A stretch of 24,868 nt of DNA, taken from the IMG/VR virus record IMGVR_UViG_3300033562_000527, positions 1 to 24,868 of that record. One strand, 5' to 3'. This DNA comes from a virus (Duplodnaviria; Caudoviricetes). Positions 7,545 through 15,816 of the stretch are shown here, in pieces. The translations under genes and the position numbers were made by a program. Positions within the stretch are counted from its first letter, which is position 1, and every line of letters begins with the position of its first letter. The notes beneath the pieces are model-generated. The model was given only the letters and a program-made list of their open reading frames with translations, was not told the origin of the DNA and did not search any database.

Positions 7545-7587
7545 ATCCTCTTGTTGTGTGTCGGGCTTGATTGCCCCTTGATTCCTT

Positions 7588-7616
7588 ATTTTAGCACAGC
7601 GGAATCCGTCTGTCAA
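7588..7616 (-). promoter_or_regulatory. sigma70-type promoter (early promoter copy 4)
   Basis: TTGACA(7616-7611)-N17-TAAAAT(7593-7588). Confidence 0.85.
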
Positions 7617-7683
7617 GCGTCTGTGTAGATCTCGCTGCACGCGACGCTTGATTGTTGCAGCTTAGCCACATATACGCGACGCT

Positions 7684-7776
7684 TGGCACGTCGTTTGCTA
7701 TGCAAGAAGCGTGCCAACTCGTAGGGCTAGTCGTGTGTTCTGTGGCACGTCGTTTGCTATGCAAGAAGCGTGCCAA
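7684..7776. repeat. 34-bp direct repeat x2, each an inverted pair of sigma54 -24/-12 consensus motifs
   Basis: tggcacgtcgtttgctatgcaagaagcgtgccaa at 7684-7717 and 7743-7776; + strand TGGCACG-tcgt-TTGCT and - strand TGGCACG-cttc-TTGCA. Confidence 0.9.
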
Positions 7777-7964
7777 GCGTCGCACCAGAGCCAAGCGCAC
7801 ATCGGGTCCCCCGCCATCCGCCGCCGGAGCCAACCGCGTCGCGCCACGGGCCCCCCGCCCCCACACAAACGGGCACAAAATATATACCCTATTACGGGTC
7901 CCCCTTTTATTCGTTGTGCGGGTCCCCTCTTGGCTTTCTCCTCCGTCTGTGTTTTATTTGTTTC

Positions 7965-8594
7965 ATGTCAGTAGATGTAGATTGGACTGTTATAGAACAA
8001 GATTATCGTGCCGGGGTCCTCTCGCAGTCGGCTATTTGTGCCAAGTATAACATATCTATCGAACAATTGAAGAGTAAAGTTTCTAAGTATAGATGGGAAC
8101 GGGTCCCTCTTGACCCTTTGGCAATCCAAGCAGCGCACGGTGTTATTTCTTCCCCTTCTCCTCCTAAATTTGGAATGGATTCCCATCTAAATGAATTAGA
8201 TTTACGTGATATGGCGGTTATTACGGCGGCGTCTGTCATTTCTATTCATCGCAAAGATGTTTATCGGTTGCGCGAAGTGGCTGCTCGTGTCTCGTGTTCC
8301 ATTGTAGATTTTGTTGATGCAGTAAATTCCGGTGACACAGAATCAGAAATGTTTAAAAGAGCCTGTATGATAATGGGAAAGGATTCTCCTGCCGATATGC
8401 TTGTAAAATTGTCGAACGTTATGACAAAATTAGTCGGTATCGAACGTCAAGCATTCGGTTTGGATATTCTCCCTCCAGACCCCGCTGCTGGAGAGTCTAC
8501 GGCCACTATCCAAACCGAAATGAGTAATATATGGACAAAAATGAAGGAAATTCAGGCGGTCAAAAATCAAGCGTCATTGAATCGAGAGGTATAA
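7965..8594 (+). CDS. terS: terminase small subunit (putative)
   Basis: N-terminal HTH DWTVIEQDYRAGVLSQSAICAKYNIS...W typical of TerS-like proteins; overlaps the TerL start; probable start ATG 7965. Confidence 0.75.
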   Translation: MSVDVDWTVIEQDYRAGVLSQSAICAKYNISIEQLKSKVSKYRWERVPLDPLAIQAAHGVISSPSPPKFGMDSHLNELDLRDMAVITAASVISIHRKDVYRLREVAARVSCSIVDFVDAVNSGDTESEMFKRACMIMGKDSPADMLVKLSNVMTKLVGIERQAFGLDILPPDPAAGESTATIQTEMSNIWTKMKEIQAVKNQASLNREV

Positions 8595-10969
8595 AATCTT
8601 CAGAACAGAAGTTTGCAGACAATCACTTTAAAACTGGTTCGGCACGGCTTGATATGATAGCTTGTGAGGCCCGTTTAAAATGGTTAGAGCAAGCTCGTTC
8701 CACGCAAGTAGCCCCTACGGGTGATTGGAGTGTGTGGGCACTTATTACCGGAAGGGGTTTTGGAAAGACTCGAAGTGCTGCTGAAGAAGCGTGGTGGCAA
8801 ATGATAGAAGATCCTGGTCTTCGTGCTGCGGTAATCGCGCCTACGAATGATGACGTTCGGCATACGTGTTTCGAAGGTGAATCGGGTCTCTTGGCTTGTT
8901 GTCCTGAAAAATTAATTAAGGCGTATAATCGGTCCATGTTGACCCTTGAATTAGTGAATGGGTCCATTATTCGCGGTTTTTCATCGGAAAAGCCAGAACG
9001 TTTGCGCGGGCCGCAGCATGGTCTTTGTTTAGCAGGAAATACAATTGTTACTATGGGGGATTATTCTACTAAATTATTAAAAGATGTTTTAGTTGGGGAT
9101 TTTGTGTTGACTCGTGTCGGTTCCCGTCGTGTTACATATTCCGGAATGACTAATTCTAATACTGAAGTATTCCAAATTACTTCTTGTAAAACAACTATAC
9201 TTGGCACGAAGGACCATTTAGTGTATACTATTAATAGGGGATGGGTCCCTCTGGGTAGTGTCATTAAAGGGGATACGTTATGCCATTTGTCGAATACGCA
9301 AACAAAAAATGGTGGAAATGTAAAGACGGGTATTATTGCGAAAATTATGGGAAAAGGTTGCATCGTCAAATTTACGAAGACAATTTTGGCACAATCCCAA
9401 AGAGTAAAATTGTTCACCATAGAGATGGTAATAAAGATAATAATGACCCTTCAAATTACGAACTTATTTCGTGGGGCGAACATTCTAAATTACATGCCAC
9501 AGGACGACAAAAAACAGAAAATGAAAGAAGATTACTGTCAGAGTCAAACAAAACTGTATGGGAAAAATTGGAGCCCCGAATTGGTAAGTGTAGGTTGTGT
9601 AGTAAAGAGTATAAAAGAAAATGTTCGGGAAAAATTAGTCCATTTTGTAGTAAACATTGTGAAAATTTGTACCGGAGTAATGCCTTCAGGGAAGAAAGGC
9701 ATTGCAAATATTGCGGCAAAATGTTTATTGCAGACGACAAACGGCATTGGTTGTGCAGTGACTTATGCAGACGACAACATTATAAAGAAAATAGGGGTAG
9801 ACAACAAGAACGAGAATATAATTGTGATCAGTGCGGCAAATTGTGTAAATCAAAACAAAAACGAGCAAGATTTTGTTGTCACGAGTGTGGTAGATTGTAT
9901 CACAGACATAGTGCAAAGCGTAGAAAAATATCCGATTTGTATTCCAGTGTATGATATAAGTGTAGAAGAGGAACATGAATTTTTTGCGAATGGTGTAGTG
10001 GTTCATAATTGTTGGTTAGAAGAATTCGCCGCGTGGTCAAATATTGAAGATACGTGGGCCATGATGAAGTTTGGTCTTCGTCTCGGCAAAAATCCACGCA
10101 AAATTATTACTACCACTCCTAAACCTATTCAGTTAGTACGGGACGTTATAGCCGACCCCGGTACTGTGGTGGTTCGTGGCTCGACATACGACAACAAAGC
10201 TAATTTACCGGAAAAGTTTTTTGAGGATGTTGTTCAGTACGAAGGTACGGCACTAGGTAGACAAGAGCTTCATGGGGAGCTTATTAATCTTGAGGAAATG
10301 GGCATATTTAAACGTTCATGGTTTAAAGTGTGGCCCAAGACAAAACCGTACCCCATTTGCGAACTTATTGTTCAGTCGTGGGATACGGCATTTTCGGAAA
10401 AACAAACAGCGGATTTTACAGTATGCACTACATGGGGCCTTTTTCCGTCCACAGAAGGTACCACGGGATACGGTGCTATTTTATGGGACGCATGGGCGGA
10501 CCAAATAGCATACCCCGACTTACGCAAAAAGGCGATAAAAGAGTACGGTACAAAGTATGGCCCCAATGAGCGTCGGCCAGATATTGTACTGATAGAAGAA
10601 AAAGCGTCGGGTCAGTCTCTTATACAAGACCTTCGTCGTGCGGGGATTCCGGTGCGAGCATGGAATCCAGGGAGGCAGGACAAAACGCAACGTGCCCATA
10701 CTATTTCGCATTTAGTTAAAGACGGATTAATATACATTCCAGAATCTCAACAGTCCGCTCGTTCGGGGCAGTTTATGACATGGGCAAATGAAATGATAGA
10801 GCAATTAGTCTTCTTCCCCAATGTGAGAAATGACGACTATGTAGATAGTTTTGTTCAGTTCATTTCTCTGATGCGGGATACGGGATGGATGACATCCCAA
10901 CGTGCGGAGTCAGGGGAATTGACATACTGGAGAAGGTTAATGAAAAAAGGCCAAGGGGCGTACGGCTAA
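8531..10969 (+). CDS. terL: terminase large subunit, intein-containing (812-aa precursor, 484 aa after splicing)
   Basis: Walker A GRGFGKT, RLRGPQH, Walker B CWLEE, coupling motif TTTP, nuclease motifs QSWDTA, IEEKASG, DDYVDS. Confidence 0.95.
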   Translation: MDKNEGNSGGQKSSVIESRGIKSSEQKFADNHFKTGSARLDMIACEARLKWLEQARSTQVAPTGDWSVWALITGRGFGKTRSAAEEAWWQMIEDPGLRAAVIAPTNDDVRHTCFEGESGLLACCPEKLIKAYNRSMLTLELVNGSIIRGFSSEKPERLRGPQHGLCLAGNTIVTMGDYSTKLLKDVLVGDFVLTRVGSRRVTYSGMTNSNTEVFQITSCKTTILGTKDHLVYTINRGWVPLGSVIKGDTLCHLSNTQTKNGGNVKTGIIAKIMGKGCIVKFTKTILAQSQRVKLFTIEMVIKIIMTLQITNLFRGANILNYMPQDDKKQKMKEDYCQSQTKLYGKNWSPELVSVGCVVKSIKENVREKLVHFVVNIVKICTGVMPSGKKGIANIAAKCLLQTTNGIGCAVTYADDNIIKKIGVDNKNENIIVISAANCVNQNKNEQDFVVTSVVDCITDIVQSVEKYPICIPVYDISVEEEHEFFANGVVVHNCWLEEFAAWSNIEDTWAMMKFGLRLGKNPRKIITTTPKPIQLVRDVIADPGTVVVRGSTYDNKANLPEKFFEDVVQYEGTALGRQELHGELINLEEMGIFKRSWFKVWPKTKPYPICELIVQSWDTAFSEKQTADFTVCTTWGLFPSTEGTTGYGAILWDAWADQIAYPDLRKKAIKEYGTKYGPNERRPDIVLIEEKASGQSLIQDLRRAGIPVRAWNPGRQDKTQRAHTISHLVKDGLIYIPESQQSARSGQFMTWANEMIEQLVFFPNVRNDDYVDSFVQFISLMRDTGWMTSQRAESGELTYWRRLMKKGQGAYG
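9201..9229 (+). promoter_or_regulatory. internal sigma70-type promoter inside the intein coding sequence
   Basis: TTGGCA(9201-9206)-N17-TATACT(9224-9229), about 50 nt upstream of the nested HNH ATG. Confidence 0.6.
9280..9954 (+). CDS. HNH homing endonuclease with C-terminal Cys-rich zinc-finger repeats, nested out of frame within the intein
   Basis: RLHRQIY...IVHHRDGNKDNNDPSNYELISWGEHSKLH (HNH_3-type) plus three CxxC...(F/L)C(S/C)xxC units; AAAGGGG RBS before the ATG. Confidence 0.9.
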   Translation: MPFVEYANKKWWKCKDGYYCENYGKRLHRQIYEDNFGTIPKSKIVHHRDGNKDNNDPSNYELISWGEHSKLHATGRQKTENERRLLSESNKTVWEKLEPRIGKCRLCSKEYKRKCSGKISPFCSKHCENLYRSNAFREERHCKYCGKMFIADDKRHWLCSDLCRRQHYKENRGRQQEREYNCDQCGKLCKSKQKRARFCCHECGRLYHRHSAKRRKISDLYSSV

Positions 10970-11031
10970 TCTTCCATTCCTCCTTTTTGTGTGTTATTAT
11001 ATAATATTTTATCTGTATGGTGTAGGTCAAA

Positions 11032-12423
11032 ATGACTCAAAATCGCATGTCAGCGCGTACGACGCCCTATAAAGTAGATATTAATACTATTTTACAAAAT
11101 TCTATTAGAGATCCTGATGTGTTGGCAATGATACTGGAATCTGATCCCCAATTATCCAAAATGTTTAATTTAAATAATACTGCACAACAAGCACAAACAA
11201 AAAACAAAATGTCGCAAGCGCAAATAGATAAATTGTTTTCCAGAATGGAACAGGGGGTCCAGAAAAAAGCTAAGGGCGGAATGGTGGATTCGGTATATGA
11301 TATGGCAGAGGCCGACGATGAAGAAACGCTGCCCGAAAGAATGAAGAAATGGGCGCAAGGGGAAGAAGGGACAGAATATGCAGAAATTCTGCCTATTGCA
11401 CGTAGAGGGGATGATATCAGTTTTGCAGCACCTAAGGCTGTAAGGTCGGTGGCACGTGGCACGGCGGAATTATTGGAGGGCGCACACGGCAAGTTACCCA
11501 TCGGGGAGAACATTTCGCCCGACGCTTTTGATGCATTGATGGGTATGTCTGTACCAGGGCTCTTGACCAAAGACCGTGGTACGCTTGGTATGTTTGCGGG
11601 CCAAAAAGCACGTGGTGCGGACTTAGAAAAACTAGCTGTGGCCAAAAAGTTTACTGAAGCGGGGGGAAAGCCAGAAGAAATTTGGAATTTAACCGGATGG
11701 ATGCGCGGTAAAGATGGTAAATGGCGTTTTGAAATTCCAGACGATCAAATGCAATATATTCCAGAAGGTATGCAGTATATAAAAAATCCCCCTACTGGAG
11801 GGGCCCCTGCCTTGGCCTTGGATCAAGTAGTAGACCATCAAAAATTGTTTGATGCGTATCCCGAACTTAAAGGGCATGCTATTATGACAGACCCTGAACT
11901 ACCGCACGGAGCAGGGGTATATGACCCTAATATCAATGTAATTACTATGTCCCGTAGTAATATAAATCCGGATGGTACGCATGTGAATTTGCGTGGTGGA
12001 AATGTGCCGTTACACGAAATGCAACATGCTGTACAAGAAATAGAGGGATTTGAGCCTGGGTCAAATATGGAAATGTATTCGGCGGGTAATATTTCAGAAC
12101 GCGAAGCGTATGATATGTATCGTAAAAATTTAGGTGAAGTAGAAGCACGTAATACTGAAGCACGTAGGAAAATGAGTGCGTTGAAACGCAAGCATTCCTA
12201 CCCCGAATGGACGCAAGACGTAAAACCAAAAGACACGACTACTAAGCCAAAAATGATGGCTTCTGAAGACATTGAGAAGTTTGCCGATGGTGGATTAGTC
12301 TTGTCTCGTTCGAAGAAATTTGTTAAAGATTGTAAGCCTATTAATAAAGAACACTATCGTCAGTCACTTGGTGTGGATTCGTTATCAAAAGTTAGAACCA
12401 AAGTAAGGAAACCGTTTAAATGA
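11032..12423 (+). CDS. LPD23-like (large polyvalent protein domain) protein with an HExxH motif
   Basis: TGWMRGKDGKWRFEIPD, HQKLFDAYPEL, LHEMQHAVQEIEGF, YRKNLGEVEARNTEARR. Confidence 0.75.
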   Translation: MTQNRMSARTTPYKVDINTILQNSIRDPDVLAMILESDPQLSKMFNLNNTAQQAQTKNKMSQAQIDKLFSRMEQGVQKKAKGGMVDSVYDMAEADDEETLPERMKKWAQGEEGTEYAEILPIARRGDDISFAAPKAVRSVARGTAELLEGAHGKLPIGENISPDAFDALMGMSVPGLLTKDRGTLGMFAGQKARGADLEKLAVAKKFTEAGGKPEEIWNLTGWMRGKDGKWRFEIPDDQMQYIPEGMQYIKNPPTGGAPALALDQVVDHQKLFDAYPELKGHAIMTDPELPHGAGVYDPNINVITMSRSNINPDGTHVNLRGGNVPLHEMQHAVQEIEGFEPGSNMEMYSAGNISEREAYDMYRKNLGEVEARNTEARRKMSALKRKHSYPEWTQDVKPKDTTTKPKMMASEDIEKFADGGLVLSRSKKFVKDCKPINKEHYRQSLGVDSLSKVRTKVRKPFK

Positions 12424-14990
12424 AAGATATAATTGGTACAAGTGTGGACGACGAAGAGATAGATGTCCCCGAAGAAATTATGTTTGATGATGAATCTGAT
12501 GTCACTGAAAATGATGACGGTACAGCAGAGATTGATCTTGGGGAAGATCAGCCGGATGAGTCAGATTTTAGCGAAAACTTAGCCCTTTTGTTAGACGAAG
12601 AAACATTAGATGAATTGGCGTCTAAATATTTAGAATTAATAGAAAAAGACAAAGATGCGCGGGAAAAGAGAGACGAGAAACAAGAAGAGGGTATGACCAA
12701 AGCGGGTCTCGGTTCTCCTGCTTCCGGTGGAGCTACATTTGATGGTGCGTCACGTGTCACACATCCAATTCTTTCTGAAGCGTATGTGGATTTTGCGGCG
12801 TCTTCTATAAAAGAATTGTTTCCTCCTAATGGTCCAGTGCGTACGCAAATCATGGGCGAAATTACCCATGAGAAGTTAGACCGTGCAAAACGCAAAGTAG
12901 CGTATATGAATAAGCAACTTACGAAAGAAGTTGTTGAGTATCGGCCCGAACTTGAGAAGTTATTAACACAATTGCCTAATGGTGGTTCACAGTATATGAA
13001 AGTGTACTGGTCACAAGAGTACGGTCGTCCTACAGTGGATTTTGTGCCTATTGATAAAATGATTTTGCCCTATTCAACAAAGTCATTTTATAAAACTCCT
13101 CGTAAGTTTCACGAGCAAAACCCTACGCAGTGGGAGTACGAAAATAATGTGATAAATGGCACGTATCGCGATATTGAAGTCGTTATGTCTTCTACTTTGC
13201 CCGAAGAAACAAAATCCGAAGTTCAATTAGGAAAAATTGAAGGAAAAGTTTCTAATTATTATAACGACGATGGAGTACGTACGGTATACGAAGGGTGTGT
13301 GTACGAAAAATTAGAGGACGATCCCTATACCGAAGATATTAAAAAAGCATGCCCTTATATTTTGATTTTAGATGAAGTGTCACAAAAAATTTTGGGTTTA
13401 TACCGAAATTGGTCCGAAGATGATTCATTACATCGGGAATTAGAATATATAGTAGAATTTACGTTTATTCCGTGGCGCGGTGCGTATGGCATTGGCCTAC
13501 CGCACTTAATTGGTGATTTGTCTACGGCGATGACAGGAGCACTTCGTGCCTTGTTAGACAGTGCCTTCATTTCAAATTCCACCGCGTTAGTAAAATTTAA
13601 AGGTAGGCCTGGCGGCGAATCCATAGACATGTCTCCGGCACAAGTCACGGAAATAGACGCTTTAGGGGATGACATTCGCAAACTTGCTATGCCGTTGTCC
13701 TTTAATGGCCCGTCTCCAGTGCTTTTGCAATTGCTTGGATTTTTGACGGACGCTGCTAAAGGTGTTGTTACTACATCCGAAGAAAAAATAGCCGACGCGT
13801 CTAATAATATGCCAGTTGGTACTGCAATAGCTCTTATTGAACAAGGAGCGAAAATATACTCTTCTATTCATGCTAGGTTGCACGAGTCTCAACGTAAAAT
13901 ATTAGAAATTATTCATCGGTTAAATTACGAATACGTGGATGATCGGATTGTTTTTGGGGAAGATGAAAATGATTACGTGGAGCCAAAAGATTTTAGAGGT
14001 CCAATAGACGTTTATCCAGTTTCTGATCCGAACATTTTTAGTGAAACGCAAAGGATGGCCCAGGTTCAGGCATTAATGCAGCTTGCTTCTGCTGCACCTC
14101 CCGGAATGTACGATATTCGGAAAATTCATGAACGTATCATGGAAGTAATGAAGATTCCGAATTATAAAGAGGTTTTACCCGATCCTCCTGCATCGAAGCC
14201 AATGAATCCCGCCGCAGAAAGTATAGCTATGGCCATGGGTACTCCTGTTGCGGTATTTCCGGATCAGGATCATGTTTCACATGTGAAAGTGCATCTTGGT
14301 TTTGCTATGAATCCGGTGTTGGGACTGTCTAAAGCTGTTGCCGCAGTTTATATCCCTGCAGTAATAGATCATATCCAGCAGCATATTATGTTTTATTACG
14401 CCGCGCTTATGCAAATGGAAGGTTCAAACACTTTGGGTACTAAGATTGAGGATTATTTACGTAAGGACAAATCTTGGGAAGCAGATCAGAATGTCTCTGA
14501 AATATTGTCTAGGTCTTCAATGGTAGTGAACGCAGCTGTAGTTAAAGAATTTGGGGATACACCAAAATTAATGGAAAAAGCTCTTCAGTTCTTGCAATCT
14601 ATTCAACCTCCACCTGCTGTTGATCCTATGATACAGTTGGGTCAACAAGAAATACAAATGCGTACAGAAAAGAACAAACAAGACGGAGAAATTGCATTGC
14701 AACGTTTGACGGCGCAAACGGATAAGCAGCAAGCTGATGTTATGATAAAGATGAAAAATCTTGAGCAGCAGATGCAAAAATTAATGATGCAAATCGAGGC
14801 TCAAAACAGTCGGACGGCGGAAGAGTTGAATACAGAAGTTGTTGTTCAAAAAATGAAATCCGAGTCGGATCTGGAGGCTCAAAACATCAAAGCGCAAACG
14901 AGTTTGCAGATTGAAGGCGGTAAAATAGGGGCGGACATAGGAAGAGATGTGTTAAATAATTTAGTACAACCCAAAGGAGAAGTACAATGA
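12420..14990 (+). CDS. portal protein
   Basis: 856 aa, downstream of TerL; HPILSEA..FAA...KELFP..GPVRT, GAYGIGLPHLIG and PVSDPNIFS motifs; acidic N-terminus and Q-rich coiled-coil tail typical of podoviral portals. Confidence 0.9.
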   Translation: MKDIIGTSVDDEEIDVPEEIMFDDESDVTENDDGTAEIDLGEDQPDESDFSENLALLLDEETLDELASKYLELIEKDKDAREKRDEKQEEGMTKAGLGSPASGGATFDGASRVTHPILSEAYVDFAASSIKELFPPNGPVRTQIMGEITHEKLDRAKRKVAYMNKQLTKEVVEYRPELEKLLTQLPNGGSQYMKVYWSQEYGRPTVDFVPIDKMILPYSTKSFYKTPRKFHEQNPTQWEYENNVINGTYRDIEVVMSSTLPEETKSEVQLGKIEGKVSNYYNDDGVRTVYEGCVYEKLEDDPYTEDIKKACPYILILDEVSQKILGLYRNWSEDDSLHRELEYIVEFTFIPWRGAYGIGLPHLIGDLSTAMTGALRALLDSAFISNSTALVKFKGRPGGESIDMSPAQVTEIDALGDDIRKLAMPLSFNGPSPVLLQLLGFLTDAAKGVVTTSEEKIADASNNMPVGTAIALIEQGAKIYSSIHARLHESQRKILEIIHRLNYEYVDDRIVFGEDENDYVEPKDFRGPIDVYPVSDPNIFSETQRMAQVQALMQLASAAPPGMYDIRKIHERIMEVMKIPNYKEVLPDPPASKPMNPAAESIAMAMGTPVAVFPDQDHVSHVKVHLGFAMNPVLGLSKAVAAVYIPAVIDHIQQHIMFYYAALMQMEGSNTLGTKIEDYLRKDKSWEADQNVSEILSRSSMVVNAAVVKEFGDTPKLMEKALQFLQSIQPPPAVDPMIQLGQQEIQMRTEKNKQDGEIALQRLTAQTDKQQADVMIKMKNLEQQMQKLMMQIEAQNSRTAEELNTEVVVQKMKSESDLEAQNIKAQTSLQIEGGKIGADIGRDVLNNLVQPKGEVQ

Positions 14991-15118
14991 AAGAGGGTCC
15001 AATGAATCGTCATAAAGCTATGGCGATGGGAAAGAAGCTTAGTAAAACTGCAAATCCCGGCGTGAAAATGAAGTCGGGCGGTGTGTGCAAAGTTCCGGCT
15101 AAAACAAAGAAGAAATAG
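14987..15118 (+). CDS. small basic protein (43 aa)
   Basis: MKEGPMNRHKAMAMGKKLSKTANPGVKMKSGGVCKVPAKTKKK; AAGGAGA RBS; ATGA overlap with the portal stop; not in the ORF track. Confidence 0.7.
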   Translation: MKEGPMNRHKAMAMGKKLSKTANPGVKMKSGGVCKVPAKTKKK

Positions 15119-15129
15119 ATTCTTGACAG

Positions 15130-15336
15130 ATGGAACAAATTGTAGTAAATTTGCGTAAAGAACAACTTAATCTGCAGGAGGACGTGTTTAAGCACCCTCC
15201 TGCAGATTATGAAACGTTTTGTAAATTGTTAGGTAAATGGCGGGGAGTAGAAGCCGCTATTATCATAGTAGAAGAGGTAATAAATGGAAGACGAAATGCG
15301 GAAGATACACGTAGTAGCGGCGTCAAGTTTAAATAA
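15130..15336 (+). CDS. conserved small phage protein
   Basis: DYETFCKLLGKWRGVEAA pattern; usual position between portal and GroES-like gene. Confidence 0.7.
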   Translation: MEQIVVNLRKEQLNLQEDVFKHPPADYETFCKLLGKWRGVEAAIIIVEEVINGRRNAEDTRSSGVKFK

Positions 15337-15775
15337 AACAGGATTAAAACTTGCTAAGAAAAATTTAGAAGAAGCTTTTCCAGATGTGGAGCCCGGCTTC
15401 AAACCTTTGGGGTCTCGGTTGATAGTTCAAATTCGTACCCCCTCCCCTAAAGTTGGTAGCATTTTGTTAACTGATGAAATTCAAGAAGTAGAACTTTGGA
15501 ATACTCAAATAGCTAAGGTCAAAGAAATTGGACCTCTATCGTTTAAAGATCGCGGCACTTTGGAGCAATGGCCCGAAGGTGCCTGGGTCGCGGTCGGGGA
15601 TTACGTTCGTATACCAAAGTATAACCAAGATAAATGGTTTATTGAATACGAGACCAACAAATTAGACGGCAATAATAATAAAATTAAGGCCAAAGCGTTA
15701 TTTATGTTGATTAACGATTTGGATGTATTAGCTGTAAATGTAGGGGATCCTCTATCAATTAAGGCTTATATTTAA
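15284..15775 (+). CDS. GroES/Cpn10-like co-chaperonin
   Basis: KPLGSRLIV...GSILLTD...AKVKEIGP...VAVGDYV..PKY...LINDLDVLA follows the Cpn10 fold pattern. Confidence 0.85.
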   Translation: MEDEMRKIHVVAASSLNKTGLKLAKKNLEEAFPDVEPGFKPLGSRLIVQIRTPSPKVGSILLTDEIQEVELWNTQIAKVKEIGPLSFKDRGTLEQWPEGAWVAVGDYVRIPKYNQDKWFIEYETNKLDGNNNKIKAKALFMLINDLDVLAVNVGDPLSIKAYI

Positions 15776-15816
15776 CGGAGCGTGGCGGGAAAGCTGCTGT
15801 AGAAAGGGAGTGCACT

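Larger units (their letters stand above)
9026..10009 (+). mobile_element. intein (328 aa) in TerL, inserted just before Walker B
   Basis: Block A CLAGNTIV, block B GTKDHLVY (TxxH), block F VYDISVEEEHEFFANG, block G VVVHN followed by Cys+1; removal gives RGPQHGL/CWLEEFAAW. Confidence 0.95.

Noticed and set aside
7129-7730. Seven CTAG sites within ~600 bp
   Set aside because: Small numbers; I cannot establish significance without a genome-wide count.
7684-7776. Possible mini CRISPR array (34-bp palindromic repeat, 25-bp spacer)
   Set aside because: Only two repeats, a short spacer, no cas genes or leader; the sigma54 consensus explains the symmetry better.
7770-7964. 65-aa Pro-rich N-terminal extension of TerS given in the ORF track
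   Set aside because: It is a translation of the GC-rich regulatory region; the recognisable TerS fold starts at ATG 7965.
10010-10024. TerL Walker B reads CWLEE instead of hhhhDE
   Set aside because: A conservative D-to-E change with all other ATPase and nuclease motifs intact; insufficient evidence of anything unusual.
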